Source of the DNA: Myxococcales bacterium
GTDB lineage: Bacteria > Myxococcota_A > Polyangia > Polyangiales > Polyangiaceae
Assembly: GCA_016720545.1 (NCBI GenBank)
Contig: JADKKK010000003.1
Location: 601,516 to 617,599, forward strand
DNA length: 16,084 bases
Direction of reading: 5' to 3'
Shown: one piece after another, positions 1 through 8,058 of the stretch
Position numbering within the stretch: the stretch's first letter is position 1
How the letters are laid out: each line of letters opens with the position of its first letter
The notes under the pieces: model-generated
What the model was told of the DNA's origin: nothing
Database searches by the model: none
Seen by the model: the letters and a program-made list of their open reading frames with translations, nothing else
Made by a program: the position numbers and the translations under genes

Positions 1-7
1 CGCAGCC

Positions 8-1519
8 GTGACCACGAGGAGCACCGACGGCGGATCGACGCCGACACGTCGAGCTCGCGGCGACTGGCAGACACCGCTCGAGCTTGCGCGCGCCGCGCTG
101 GCGCTCGCGATCGATGACGCTCGGCCACACCCCGCGTCGGTCGTCGAGCCGACATGCGGGCGCGGCGCCTTCCTCGTGGCGGCGCGCGAGCGCCTCCCCG
201 AAGCGACGCTGCTCGGCTACGACCTCGACGCCGCGCACCTCGGCGCCGCGAGGCAGGCGCTCAAGGCCTTTGCGGGCCCCGCGAGCCTGCGCCAGGCGAA
301 CTTCTTCTCCCACGACTGGCGGCGGGCGCTCGCTCGCCTCCCGGAGCCCATCCTCGTGACAGGCAACCCGCCATGGGTGACGAGCTCGGTGCAGGGCGCG
401 CTCGGCGCTGGAAACCTGCCCGTGAAGGGCACTCGTGGCCTATCGCTCGGGCGCTATGGTGCGCTCACGGGGCAGAGCGACTTCGACATCTCCGAGTGGA
501 TGCTCCTGCGGCTCATCGAGGCGCTCGCCGGCCGCCAGGGGACATTGGCTGTACTCTGCAAAAGCCAGGTCGCCCGGCGCGTGCTGGCGAGCGACGTGGA
601 GGCGCGCTTCGGCGCGCGGCCTGGCGGGCTCTGGCGTCTCGACGCTCGGAGGCACTTCCGAGCGTCGGTGGACGCGGTGTGGTTCGTTTGCCATTTCGCG
701 CGTGGCGAGCGTGAGCCCGCGCGCCCCGGCGAGTGGCCCGTGCGCGGCTCCCTCGACGCCTCGGCGCCCGAGGCGTGGCTCGGGCTCCGCGACGGCGCCC
801 TCGTGCCCGACACGCGGAGACTCCGCGAGACGCTCCACCTCGAGGGGCTGTCGGCGACCGAGTGGCGCTCCGGCCTGAAGCACGACTGCGCCGCGGTCAT
901 GGAGCTCACGCGGGAGGCGGGGGGGGGCGGGAGCGGCTGGGTCAACGGCCTGGGCGAGGTCGTCGAGCTCGAGCCCTCCGTGGTGTTCCCGCTGCTGAAG
1001 GGCGCCGATCTCGCGCGGAGTGGCCCGGACCGCGCGGTGATCGTGCCGCAGCGCGCGCTCGGCGAGGACACCACCCGCCTGCGCGAGACCGCGCCGCGCG
1101 CCTGGGCGTATCTGACGTCGCACCGCGCGCGCCTCGACGCGCGCAGGAGCGCCATCTACCGCGGACGCCCGCCATTCGCGATCTTCGGCGTCGGCCCCTA
1201 CGCGTTCGCGCCGTGGAAGGTCGCCGTCTCTGGGCTCCACAAGCGCCTGCTGGTCTCGCTGCTCGGGCCGCGCGGCGAGGGTGCGGCCCCGGTGATGTTC
1301 GACGACACGTGCTACTACCTCCCCTTCGACGACGAGGCCGAGGCCACGCGCGCCGCCGACGCTCTCCGCTCGCCGCTCGCCGCCGACTTCCTGAGCGCGC
1401 GGGTGTTCTGGGACGCGAAGCGCCCTATCCAGAAGAGCGTGCTCCAGCGCCTCGACCTCGAAGCGCTGGCGCGGGCGATGGGTGCAAGTCCCAGCTTGCA
1501 GGCACCGCCCGCGGGCTGA
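8..1519 (+). CDS. Stand-alone N6-adenine DNA methyltransferase, gamma class (catalytic domain plus TaqI-like C-terminal target-recognition domain). It may be 5'-truncated by the window edge, because the frame is open back to nt 2.
   Basis: The 503-aa ORF starts at GTG. The motif order X-I-IV is typical of gamma-class amino-MTases: 'GDWQTPLELA' (motif X-like, ...TP), 'VEPTCGRGAFLVAA' (SAM-binding motif I), and 'ILVTGNPPWV' (motif IV, NPPW, at nt 365-376). The C-terminal ~170 aa ('PFAIFGVGPYAFAPWKVAVSGL...PVMFDDTCYYLPFDDEAEA...VFWDAKRPIQKSVLQRL') resembles the TaqI-like C-terminal specificity domain of Type II/IIG adenine MTases. The TGA stop is at 1517-1519. Confidence 0.72.
   Translation: MTTRSTDGGSTPTRRARGDWQTPLELARAALALAIDDARPHPASVVEPTCGRGAFLVAARERLPEATLLGYDLDAAHLGAARQALKAFAGPASLRQANFFSHDWRRALARLPEPILVTGNPPWVTSSVQGALGAGNLPVKGTRGLSLGRYGALTGQSDFDISEWMLLRLIEALAGRQGTLAVLCKSQVARRVLASDVEARFGARPGGLWRLDARRHFRASVDAVWFVCHFARGEREPARPGEWPVRGSLDASAPEAWLGLRDGALVPDTRRLRETLHLEGLSATEWRSGLKHDCAAVMELTREAGGGGSGWVNGLGEVVELEPSVVFPLLKGADLARSGPDRAVIVPQRALGEDTTRLRETAPRAWAYLTSHRARLDARRSAIYRGRPPFAIFGVGPYAFAPWKVAVSGLHKRLLVSLLGPRGEGAAPVMFDDTCYYLPFDDEAEATRAADALRSPLAADFLSARVFWDAKRPIQKSVLQRLDLEALARAMGASPSLQAPPAG
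365..376 (+). other. MTase catalytic motif IV (N-P-P-W)
   Basis: The codons aac ccg cca tgg are in the frame of the 8..1519 ORF. (D/N/S)PP(Y/F/W) is the signature of amino-methyltransferases. Confidence 0.7.
919..927 (+). repeat. G9 homopolymeric tract inside the MTase CDS, encoding part of a Gly4 inter-domain linker (EAGGGGSGW)
   Basis: Read directly from the sequence: gcg ggg ggg ggc ggg, giving nine consecutive G at 919-927. Confidence 0.85.
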
Positions 1520-1528
1520 AGCCCTGGT

Positions 1529-4500
1529 TCAAGGATCGGGCAGGCTCGACTCGAGCGGCATCACGTAGGTCGACGTGAGCTGACGCATCACCTCGATGTT
1601 CGTCACGTAGCGCTTCAGCGTCGCGTCGGCCCCGGGGTTCTCGGGGTCGAGCTGCGGCTTGCCGCCCGCGAGCAGCAGCTTGGGGGTCCCGTCGGCGTTC
1701 ATGCGCACCGACCCGTTAGCCTCGCGCTCCACGAGATACGCGATCGTGACGAGGCGGTTCGCCCACTCCAACATGCGGGCGCCGATGCTCTTCTGATGGT
1801 CGAGCTCGAAATCCCGCTCGGTGCCGGTGGTGTGGGCGCGGTAGGTGAGCCCCGTGGCCGGGTTGATGAAGGTGTAGGTCTCGCCGACGGGCCAGGTCAC
1901 GGTCTCGCCCGCGCGGGACACGATCCGGGAGTCGTCGAGGAAGGCCTGCGACCAGCTCGTGGGGAAGAGCATCGTGCCCCACACCATCGCGTAGAGCTGC
2001 TGGCTCCAGCCGAACGCGGGGTCTACGACCCTGGCCGAGGCCGGGCGCGTCCCCAAGGAGCCGAGGTTCCGCCACGGCGGGTAGACCAGAGCGTTCGAGC
2101 CGTCGACCCACGGCGCCATGGACTCCACGTCTCCCGTGAGCACCGCCCCCATGAGGCGCTGCACCTGCGTGGGGTACAGCGTCGCGAAGTTCACGTTCTT
2201 GTAGCGGCCATCGACGAAGTCTTCTTTGGAGTTCGAGATGAAGGTATCGAACGCCTCCGACAGGTAATAGAGCGCCCAGGTCTTGTCGTAGAAGGACCCC
2301 ACTTGGGTCTGGTAGTCGGACCACCAATAACCCTGCCCGTAGTCAAAGTCGTTGTGGATGTAGCGCCCCTGTCCGAGGGGCAGCGCGAACGGGTATTTCG
2401 TGTCCTTCGTGGGCGCCGAGTCCGCCATGAAGATGTCCTTCCGGACACCGTAGGGCGCGATCGCGTAGCAGTCATCCGCGCCCGTCGAGCAGTACGAGCC
2501 CGGCTCCGGTCGCATGAGCGAGCGCGTGAAGAGATCGAACGCCAGGGTCGACGCGAGCGAGAGCGGTCCGTAGTTTCCGTCGGCGAGGAGGCTCTTGTCG
2601 GGGGCCGTCGGGTCGGGGGTCTCGAGCACCATCGCGAAGCCGAAGGTCTTCGCGATGTTCTGGATGGCGTCCAGGTAGTGCGACTGCGTGCGCGCCACCA
2701 CGTCCCACGAGTTGAACGTGACGCGGTTTCGACGGAAGGCGTCGAGGATGTACCGGTTCTCGTAGCCCTGCTCGAGGAAGCGCACCTGCTCGTAGGCGTC
2801 GGCGCCGGAGTCGTAGGAGAACGACGGGACGTTGCCCGAGTCGGAGTACTCGTCGGACGAGAACATGTACCCGCGCCGCACCCGCCCGGTCGGATCGGTC
2901 ACTCGCTCGACCCGCGTGAAGTCGGGGTAGTCGGGGTCGGTCACGAAGTCGCTCATGTCGCGATAGTCGACGACGTCGAGCGGCGCGCCCGTACACGTGG
3001 CCCCGAGCGGCGCGGTCGGGCTGGGCGTGCACTCACCGAGGAGGCCGAACTCCTTCGCGTACTCGCTGTAGTGGATATAGCGATAGTTGGCGTTGTTCGG
3101 CTCCGGGAAGGAGATCACGCCGAAGAGACCGGGTGAGGTCGCGAAGGCGGTCCGGCGGTAGGCGTCGCGCTTCGCGAGCGGCGAGCTCGAGGTGACGGTG
3201 ACCGAGGGCGCGTTCCACACGTCGACCGTGCCGCCGTACCCGAAGCGCACCGCCGCGCGGTCGTACTTGCCAATGATGAAGAAGTCTTGGACGTGGTCAC
3301 CGGGGTAGTCCATCACGCTGCTGCTGGCCGACGCGTTGATGAGCCCGTCGGTCTCGCGCTGCGTGAGCGGGTCCTTCCAGCGGGGGCCGATGCACTCCTC
3401 GCCGTCGGTGTTCCCATCTGCGCAGGTCTTCTTCACGGTGCCGTTGTTCGTGCGGAGCTGCCAGTACTCGCTGCCGTAGTTGAGCGAGTCGAAGGTGCCC
3501 GCGAAGTTGTGCCGCAAGCCCACCGCGTGCCCGAACTCGTGGGAGAACACGCTGTCCGAGAACTTCTGGCGCGCCCAGGCGAACACCTTGTCGCGCTTCG
3601 TGCGGGCGGCCTCGGGATCCGCGGGGTCGATGGTCCCGAACAGCCGCTGGGCCTCGCGGGCGAGGCCGACCAGGTTGTCCGCCTCGGGCCCCTCGCGCCG
3701 ACACGAGTGCCTGTGGGCGCGACCCACGCGCTTGCGCGCCTCGTAGGCCCGCCGGAAGGCCGGCGTGCCCAGCGCGCGGAGCGGTGAGGCCTTGGCCGCG
3801 AGCTCCTTCGTGACCGGGAGCCGCGGGTCTTGCCCAGCGAGCTGCGCCATCTCGGGGGTCACGATCTGCGCCTCCAGCGAGGAGCCGCGCAGCTTCGCGA
3901 GCCTGTCGGCGATCACCGCGTCGCCGGCGCCCATCCGCCCCGACTGGCTGAGCTCTCGCATGCGGTTCTTGCGGCGCAGCGTGGGCGGCAGCAGACGCGA
4001 CGCTCCTGGCTTCCCCGTGACGAACGGCGCCATGACCTTCGGGTCGAACGCCTCGTGGCGCGACGCGACCTCGGCCGCGCTCATCCCGCCCGGGAGGGGC
4101 GCGCCCCGGGTGTTCTGCTTCACCCAGTCGGCCACGTTCTGCCCCTTCACGAAGGCGGTCGGCGCGATCTCGCCGTTCAGCAGGCCGACGAGATCCGTCA
4201 GCGTGGCGGAGGCGCGGTCGAGCACGGACCGCCACTGGTTCACGCTGCCAGCGATCTTCTCGCCGGTGAGCGGGTCTTCGGCGTCGACCATGATGCCCCA
4301 CGGCGACTGGCGCTGTGGGCTGTCGACCAAGGAGAAGAGGTTGAAGCGCAGGTCGCCCACTCGAGGGCTGATGGGCTCGGTGCCGCACGCCGGATCGTCC
4401 TTCGATGGGTCGACCGGGTTGTGGCACAGCACGAACACGCGCGGCACCTGACGCTCGCCCTCGCCCAAGGGTGGCGTGAAGTCGTCCGACCAGGTGGCCG

Positions 4501-5830
4501 GCCACCCGAGGCGCTCCTCGCAGCCCGCCTCCTTCGTGCGACGACACTCGACGAGGCGCGCGGCCAACACGCCGGCGCGCACGGTGTCGCTCCAGGTCTC
4601 GACGACCTTCTTGGAGCCCTCGAAGAGGTCCTCGGGGAAGCCGCGGTTCGTGTGCCACACGGTGGTCTTCACCTTGCGATCTCGGAGCGGGATCGTGCAC
4701 GCGTGCCGAAACTCGTCGCAGCGCGAGCCGCGCCCGACCTTCTCGCACTCGTCCTCGGTGCCGTTGCCGTCGACGTCGCGGTGGACGTCGGCGCCGGCCG
4801 GCGTGGTGGCGGTCGTGCCGCAGGCGACGGCGTCGTCGTGCGAGCGCTGCCAGATGTTCCACCGCGAGGCGAAGCGCTTCCAGCGGTCGTCGACGATGCC
4901 GTAGCGGCGGTCGTAGCCGAAGCGGTCGTTCGTGAAATACCCGAACATGTCCATCTTCTTGCCGTCGTAGTCGGCGGGCTCGTAGTCGGTGTCGACGACC
5001 TTCTTGAACGCGAGCCGCAGCTTCACCTCGCTGGGGTTGCAGCTCGTCTGCGGGAGCTCGCCCACGAGCCAGCATGCCGGAAAGTCGCCCCACTCCTCGT
5101 CGTGGATGACTTGGGGCGCGGCGAAGGCCTTCGCGGTCACGTCGAAATAGCCGTCTTTCAGGCGCAGCTCGGGAGCGTCTGGGCTCTTCGGATCGTCGAC
5201 CCAATACGAGATGGGGTCCCACTTCACCGCGCCGTAGAGGCCGATTTGCGAGGGGCCGTCGAGGTCGTACGCGTCGGTGACGAGGTTCTTCGACCAGTCG
5301 ACGCGCATGTACTGGCGCTCGTACCAGCGCTGGTCGACGTCGTCCTCCACGACGACGTTGTTCTCCTCGCCGGTGGAGGTGTTGTAGCTGCGGGCGATGT
5401 TGAAGTGCTTGAGGATGGCGAAGCTCGCCACGATCTGGCCGTCGTTCGTGCGACGCGGCGGTCCCACGCGGGGCTCGTCGTTTCGGGCGGGGCCGACTGT
5501 GCCCTTGCCGTCCGTAGCGTCGACGAGCTCGTAGGCGAGCCGCGCCACGAGGAGGTTCTGGGTGACCTCCCAGCGGATGCGCACGGTGGGCTGCGCGTCG
5601 GAGGCGGTGAAGAGCGACTCGGAGCCCGCCCCGGGGGCGACGTCCACGACCGTCGTGCGGAAGTAGAACTCGGGATCGTCGTCGACGCTCGCGAGGTCTT
5701 TGCCCACGAAGAACTCCTTCGGGAGCACCCCGCTCTGCACCTGATCGATGGGCGGCCTCTCCCCCGCACACCCTGAGCCAGCCAGCGCGCAGCTCAGCGC
5801 GAGCCCGAACACGATCGCAGCCTTCGACAT
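1529..5830 (-). CDS. Large secreted, possibly lipoprotein, metzincin-type zinc metalloprotease (1433 aa from the preferred start). It resembles the DUF5117/DUF4953-type 'zinc-dependent metalloprotease' proteins.
   Basis: The ORF is 1529..5926. The preferred start is the internal ATG at 5828-5830, which is preceded by GGGAGGG (5837-5843 on the minus strand) about 7 nt upstream. It yields an N-terminus 'MSKAAIVFGLALSCALAGSGC' with an n-region, a hydrophobic core and an AxA/lipobox-like site. The zinc-binding metzincin motif HEFGHAVGLRH (H-E-x-x-H-x-x-G-x-x-H) lies at ORF residues 796-806 (nt 3509-3541). There are several Cys-flanked Asp-rich loops (for example 'DVDGNGTEDECE'). The stop is TGA at 1529-1531. 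Confidence 0.8.
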   Translation of the reverse strand: MSKAAIVFGLALSCALAGSGCAGERPPIDQVQSGVLPKEFFVGKDLASVDDDPEFYFRTTVVDVAPGAGSESLFTASDAQPTVRIRWEVTQNLLVARLAYELVDATDGKGTVGPARNDEPRVGPPRRTNDGQIVASFAILKHFNIARSYNTSTGEENNVVVEDDVDQRWYERQYMRVDWSKNLVTDAYDLDGPSQIGLYGAVKWDPISYWVDDPKSPDAPELRLKDGYFDVTAKAFAAPQVIHDEEWGDFPACWLVGELPQTSCNPSEVKLRLAFKKVVDTDYEPADYDGKKMDMFGYFTNDRFGYDRRYGIVDDRWKRFASRWNIWQRSHDDAVACGTTATTPAGADVHRDVDGNGTEDECEKVGRGSRCDEFRHACTIPLRDRKVKTTVWHTNRGFPEDLFEGSKKVVETWSDTVRAGVLAARLVECRRTKEAGCEERLGWPATWSDDFTPPLGEGERQVPRVFVLCHNPVDPSKDDPACGTEPISPRVGDLRFNLFSLVDSPQRQSPWGIMVDAEDPLTGEKIAGSVNQWRSVLDRASATLTDLVGLLNGEIAPTAFVKGQNVADWVKQNTRGAPLPGGMSAAEVASRHEAFDPKVMAPFVTGKPGASRLLPPTLRRKNRMRELSQSGRMGAGDAVIADRLAKLRGSSLEAQIVTPEMAQLAGQDPRLPVTKELAAKASPLRALGTPAFRRAYEARKRVGRAHRHSCRREGPEADNLVGLAREAQRLFGTIDPADPEAARTKRDKVFAWARQKFSDSVFSHEFGHAVGLRHNFAGTFDSLNYGSEYWQLRTNNGTVKKTCADGNTDGEECIGPRWKDPLTQRETDGLINASASSSVMDYPGDHVQDFFIIGKYDRAAVRFGYGGTVDVWNAPSVTVTSSSPLAKRDAYRRTAFATSPGLFGVISFPEPNNANYRYIHYSEYAKEFGLLGECTPSPTAPLGATCTGAPLDVVDYRDMSDFVTDPDYPDFTRVERVTDPTGRVRRGYMFSSDEYSDSGNVPSFSYDSGADAYEQVRFLEQGYENRYILDAFRRNRVTFNSWDVVARTQSHYLDAIQNIAKTFGFAMVLETPDPTAPDKSLLADGNYGPLSLASTLAFDLFTRSLMRPEPGSYCSTGADDCYAIAPYGVRKDIFMADSAPTKDTKYPFALPLGQGRYIHNDFDYGQGYWWSDYQTQVGSFYDKTWALYYLSEAFDTFISNSKEDFVDGRYKNVNFATLYPTQVQRLMGAVLTGDVESMAPWVDGSNALVYPPWRNLGSLGTRPASARVVDPAFGWSQQLYAMVWGTMLFPTSWSQAFLDDSRIVSRAGETVTWPVGETYTFINPATGLTYRAHTTGTERDFELDHQKSIGARMLEWANRLVTIAYLVEREANGSVRMNADGTPKLLLAGGKPQLDPENPGADATLKRYVTNIEVMRQLTSTYVMPLESSLPDP
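3509..3541 (-). other. HEXXHXXGXXH zinc-binding active-site motif of the metalloprotease
   Basis: The translation is HEFGHAVGLRH. Coordinates were computed from the ORF end (5926) and the residue index. Confidence 0.8.
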
Positions 5831-5836
5831 GACGCG

Positions 5837-5843
5837 CCCTCCC
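5837..5843 (-). promoter_or_regulatory. Shine-Dalgarno (GGGAGGG) for the metalloprotease start at 5830
   Basis: The minus-strand mRNA reads CTGGGAGGGCGCGTC-ATG. Confidence 0.55.
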
Positions 5844-5930
5844 AGTCTCGTGGGCGCACGCGGCGACAGCGCCGGATCGTGCGCAAGCCAAGCGGCGGTT
5901 CTACCATCTGCCAACGCCGCGCGCACCGGC

Positions 5931-5958
5931 CGCGAGCGCTACGATCGCGGCGCTCGCG
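5931..5958 (-). terminator. GC-rich hairpin with a 9-bp perfect stem (cgcgagcgc / gcgctcgcg) and a 10-nt loop. It is a candidate terminator or attenuator downstream of the kinase gene (minus-strand operon) and upstream of the protease gene.
   Basis: The inverted repeat was read from the sequence in the 173-nt intergenic region 5831-6003. No U-tract follows it, which is common in high-GC genomes. A second palindrome, ctcgcgcgag, lies at about 5979-5988. Confidence 0.3.
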
Positions 5959-6003
5959 TGTGTGAGTCTCTTGCCTACCTCGCGCGAGCGCGTGACCAGT
6001 CGG

Positions 6004-8049
6004 CTACTTGGCGCAGCGAAACCCGACGTCGGGCTGACGGTTGTCGGGGGCGGCCTTCGCGCGCGCCGTCGCGCGGAGGGACGCCGGCGTGACGCTGCTC
6101 CACGAGCCACCTCGCACGACCCGGGCCACGGTCCCGCAGGCGGTCTCGCCGTACGGACAGAAGGGCGCGTCGACCCACTCGGCGACGTTGCCGGCCATGT
6201 CGAACGCGCCGAACGGGCTCACCCCGGCGGGGAACGCGCCGACGGGGGAGGTGCCCTCCCAGCGATCGTCCCCATCGACCAGAGCGGCCACCGTGTCGAC
6301 GCTCCGCCGCGAGGGGATCCCGCAACCCTTGTCGCAAGCGTTCACGCGGAGCGGAGTGGGGGCGTCGTGGCCCCACGGGAACGGCCGCGCCTCGGGGCCT
6401 CGGGCGACGATCTCCCACTGGGCCTCGGTCGGGAGCGCCTTGTTCGCCCAGCGGCAATACGCCGCCGCGTCGTCGAACGAGACGCAGTTCATCGGGTGCT
6501 CCGCGGTGCCGTCGCGTCCCTCGTTGCAGAAGCGGCTCCACGCCACGCGCTCCTCTTTGGTAGCGGTGGGCCACGCGGCGTCCTTGTGGCCGGCGCGGCA
6601 GCCCCCGCGCTTCACGCACTCGGCGTACTCCGCGACGGTGACCTCGGTCATATCCATGCAGAACGCATTTACCTGCTCGGTGTGCGCCGGCTGCTCTTCG
6701 CGCGGGCCTCCATCCGCGCCGACGAACCCGACGGTGGCCGCGACGCGCACCATGCCCTTGGGGCAGTACGGCAGCGCGCCCGGCGTGACCGCGGCGTCCT
6801 CCGGCTCGCCGGCGGGGCCGCGGGGGCGGAGGAGCACCGCGACCCCGCCGAGGGCGGCGAGCACGAGGGCGCCGGCGGCCAAGACCCGAGGCGAGGGCCC
6901 GCTGACCGGGAGCGGCGCGGGCTCGGCCGCGGGCTCGTCGGAGTCGGCGACAGCGTCGCTCGGGGTCACGGCGAGCGACGCACGGAGTGGCGCAGCGGGC
7001 GCCCCCGTGGCCACGGTGGCGGCGTCGCCGAGGCGCGCGTTCGCGGTGGCCGAGAGGGGTGTGACGATCCCGTTCGGATCGGTCCGCGGGCGGCTGTCGG
7101 GCAGCGAGGGGCGCCGGGGCGGGACGGAGGTGGCGGGCGGCGCGAACCCGCACAGGGCGCAGAGCGCCGCGTAGGCCTCGGTGGCGTCGCCGTAGCGATC
7201 GCGCGGCTCGCGCGCCACGGCGCGGGCGAACCAGGTATCGAACGAGCCCGGGAGCGTCGTGGGGGCCCCGAGCTCGCGGGCTCGCTGGCTGGCCGGGGGG
7301 ATGGGCTCGAGCACGAGCTCGCGAAAGAAGCCCCGCACGCGGCCACCCTCGCCTGCGCCCCCGTCGCCGCGCGCCGCGAGCCAGAACTCGTGGCCGGTGA
7401 GCATGTGGAACGCGAGGAGCCCCAGGGCCCACACGTCGGTCGCGGGGCTGATGTCGGCGCTCCGCTCGGTCTGCTCCGGGGCCATCCAGAGGGGAGAGCC
7501 GATGGCGCCGGTGTTCGCGCGCGCCTCCTCCAGGAGCTTGGCGATGCCAAAGTCAAGAACCTTGACCGTATACGCCTCCTGCGCGCGCTTCGAGTGCGCG
7601 AGGAACACGTTCGCGGGCTTCAGGTCGCGGTGCACGATCCCGGCGGCGTGCGCCGCGCCGAGCGCGTGGCACACCTGGCCGAGGATGGCGGCCGACTCGG
7701 CCAACGTGAACGGGCCGTGGCTTCGCACGGTGGCGGAGAGATCGTCGCCGACGAGCAGCTCCATCGCGAGCCACGGGGTTCCCGTGGCGGCGTCGACGCC
7801 CGCGCCCACCACCTCCACGACGTGCTCGCTCGCGATGCGCGCGCCGACCCTCGCCTCGAGCGCGAACTTCTCCCGAAGCTCGGGGCTCGAAGCCATTCCA
7901 AAGTGCATGAGCTTGAGCGCGCGCGGGCGACCCGTGGAGAGCTGCTCGGCCAGATAGACCGCCCCCATCCCGCCGGACGCGAGCCTCCGGACGACGCGGA
8001 ACTCGGCGGCGAAGAGCGTCCCCTCGGCCAGGTCCGCGTGGCTAAACAC
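6004..8049 (-). CDS. Ser/Thr protein kinase (Hanks-type) with a single TM segment and a C-terminal FGE-sulfatase-like (SUMF1/PF03781-like) extracytoplasmic domain
   Basis: The ORF is 681 aa and starts at GTG. The kinase has a Gly loop 'LASGGMGAVYLA', an invariant Lys in 'ALKLMH', a catalytic loop 'HRDLKPANVFL', and 'DFG' and 'WMAPE' motifs. A hydrophobic helix 'VLAAGALVLAALGGVAVLL' spans roughly nt 6829-6888. The C-terminal domain contains the FGE-family landmarks 'CMDMTEVTVAEY', 'CVSFDDAAAYCRW', 'LPTEAQWE', 'GNVAEWV' and 'RGGSW'. It lacks the conserved Cys pair of catalytic FGEs, ending 'RGGSWSSVTPASLR'. Confidence 0.85.
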   Translation of the reverse strand: MFSHADLAEGTLFAAEFRVVRRLASGGMGAVYLAEQLSTGRPRALKLMHFGMASSPELREKFALEARVGARIASEHVVEVVGAGVDAATGTPWLAMELLVGDDLSATVRSHGPFTLAESAAILGQVCHALGAAHAAGIVHRDLKPANVFLAHSKRAQEAYTVKVLDFGIAKLLEEARANTGAIGSPLWMAPEQTERSADISPATDVWALGLLAFHMLTGHEFWLAARGDGGAGEGGRVRGFFRELVLEPIPPASQRARELGAPTTLPGSFDTWFARAVAREPRDRYGDATEAYAALCALCGFAPPATSVPPRRPSLPDSRPRTDPNGIVTPLSATANARLGDAATVATGAPAAPLRASLAVTPSDAVADSDEPAAEPAPLPVSGPSPRVLAAGALVLAALGGVAVLLRPRGPAGEPEDAAVTPGALPYCPKGMVRVAATVGFVGADGGPREEQPAHTEQVNAFCMDMTEVTVAEYAECVKRGGCRAGHKDAAWPTATKEERVAWSRFCNEGRDGTAEHPMNCVSFDDAAAYCRWANKALPTEAQWEIVARGPEARPFPWGHDAPTPLRVNACDKGCGIPSRRSVDTVAALVDGDDRWEGTSPVGAFPAGVSPFGAFDMAGNVAEWVDAPFCPYGETACGTVARVVRGGSWSSVTPASLRATARAKAAPDNRQPDVGFRCAK
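6007..6777 (-). other. FGE-sulfatase-like (SUMF1-type) domain of the kinase, probably non-catalytic
   Basis: See the kinase CDS. The active-site Cys...Cys motif after RGGS(F/W) is absent. Confidence 0.65.
7180..8007 (-). other. Protein kinase catalytic domain (approximately residues 15-290 of the STK)
   Basis: This is the span covering the kinase motifs listed for the 6004..8049 CDS. Coordinates were derived from the ORF end and residue indices. Confidence 0.75.
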
Positions 8050-8058
8050 GAGGTCATG

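Noticed and set aside
1505-1535. A small 4-bp stem (gggc-tgaa-gccc) at the convergent MTase/protease junction, considered as a possible bidirectional terminator
   Set aside because: It is too short and weak to be called. Only 9 nt separate the two stop codons.
5830-5926. The first in-frame Met (5926) as the protease start, which would give a 32-aa N-terminal extension 'MRAALADGRTAAWLAHDPALSPRAPTRLGGRV'
   Set aside because: The internal ATG at 5830 has a strong GGGAGGG SD and is immediately followed by a canonical signal peptide. The extension would bury that signal peptide, and it also runs into the hairpin region.
5831-6003. Sigma-70 (-35/-10) or sigma-54 (-24 GG / -12 GC) promoter for the protease gene
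   Set aside because: TTGGCA-like and TGGC-like strings are present, but none has correct spacing to a second element. I cannot support a promoter call from sequence alone in this GC-rich context.
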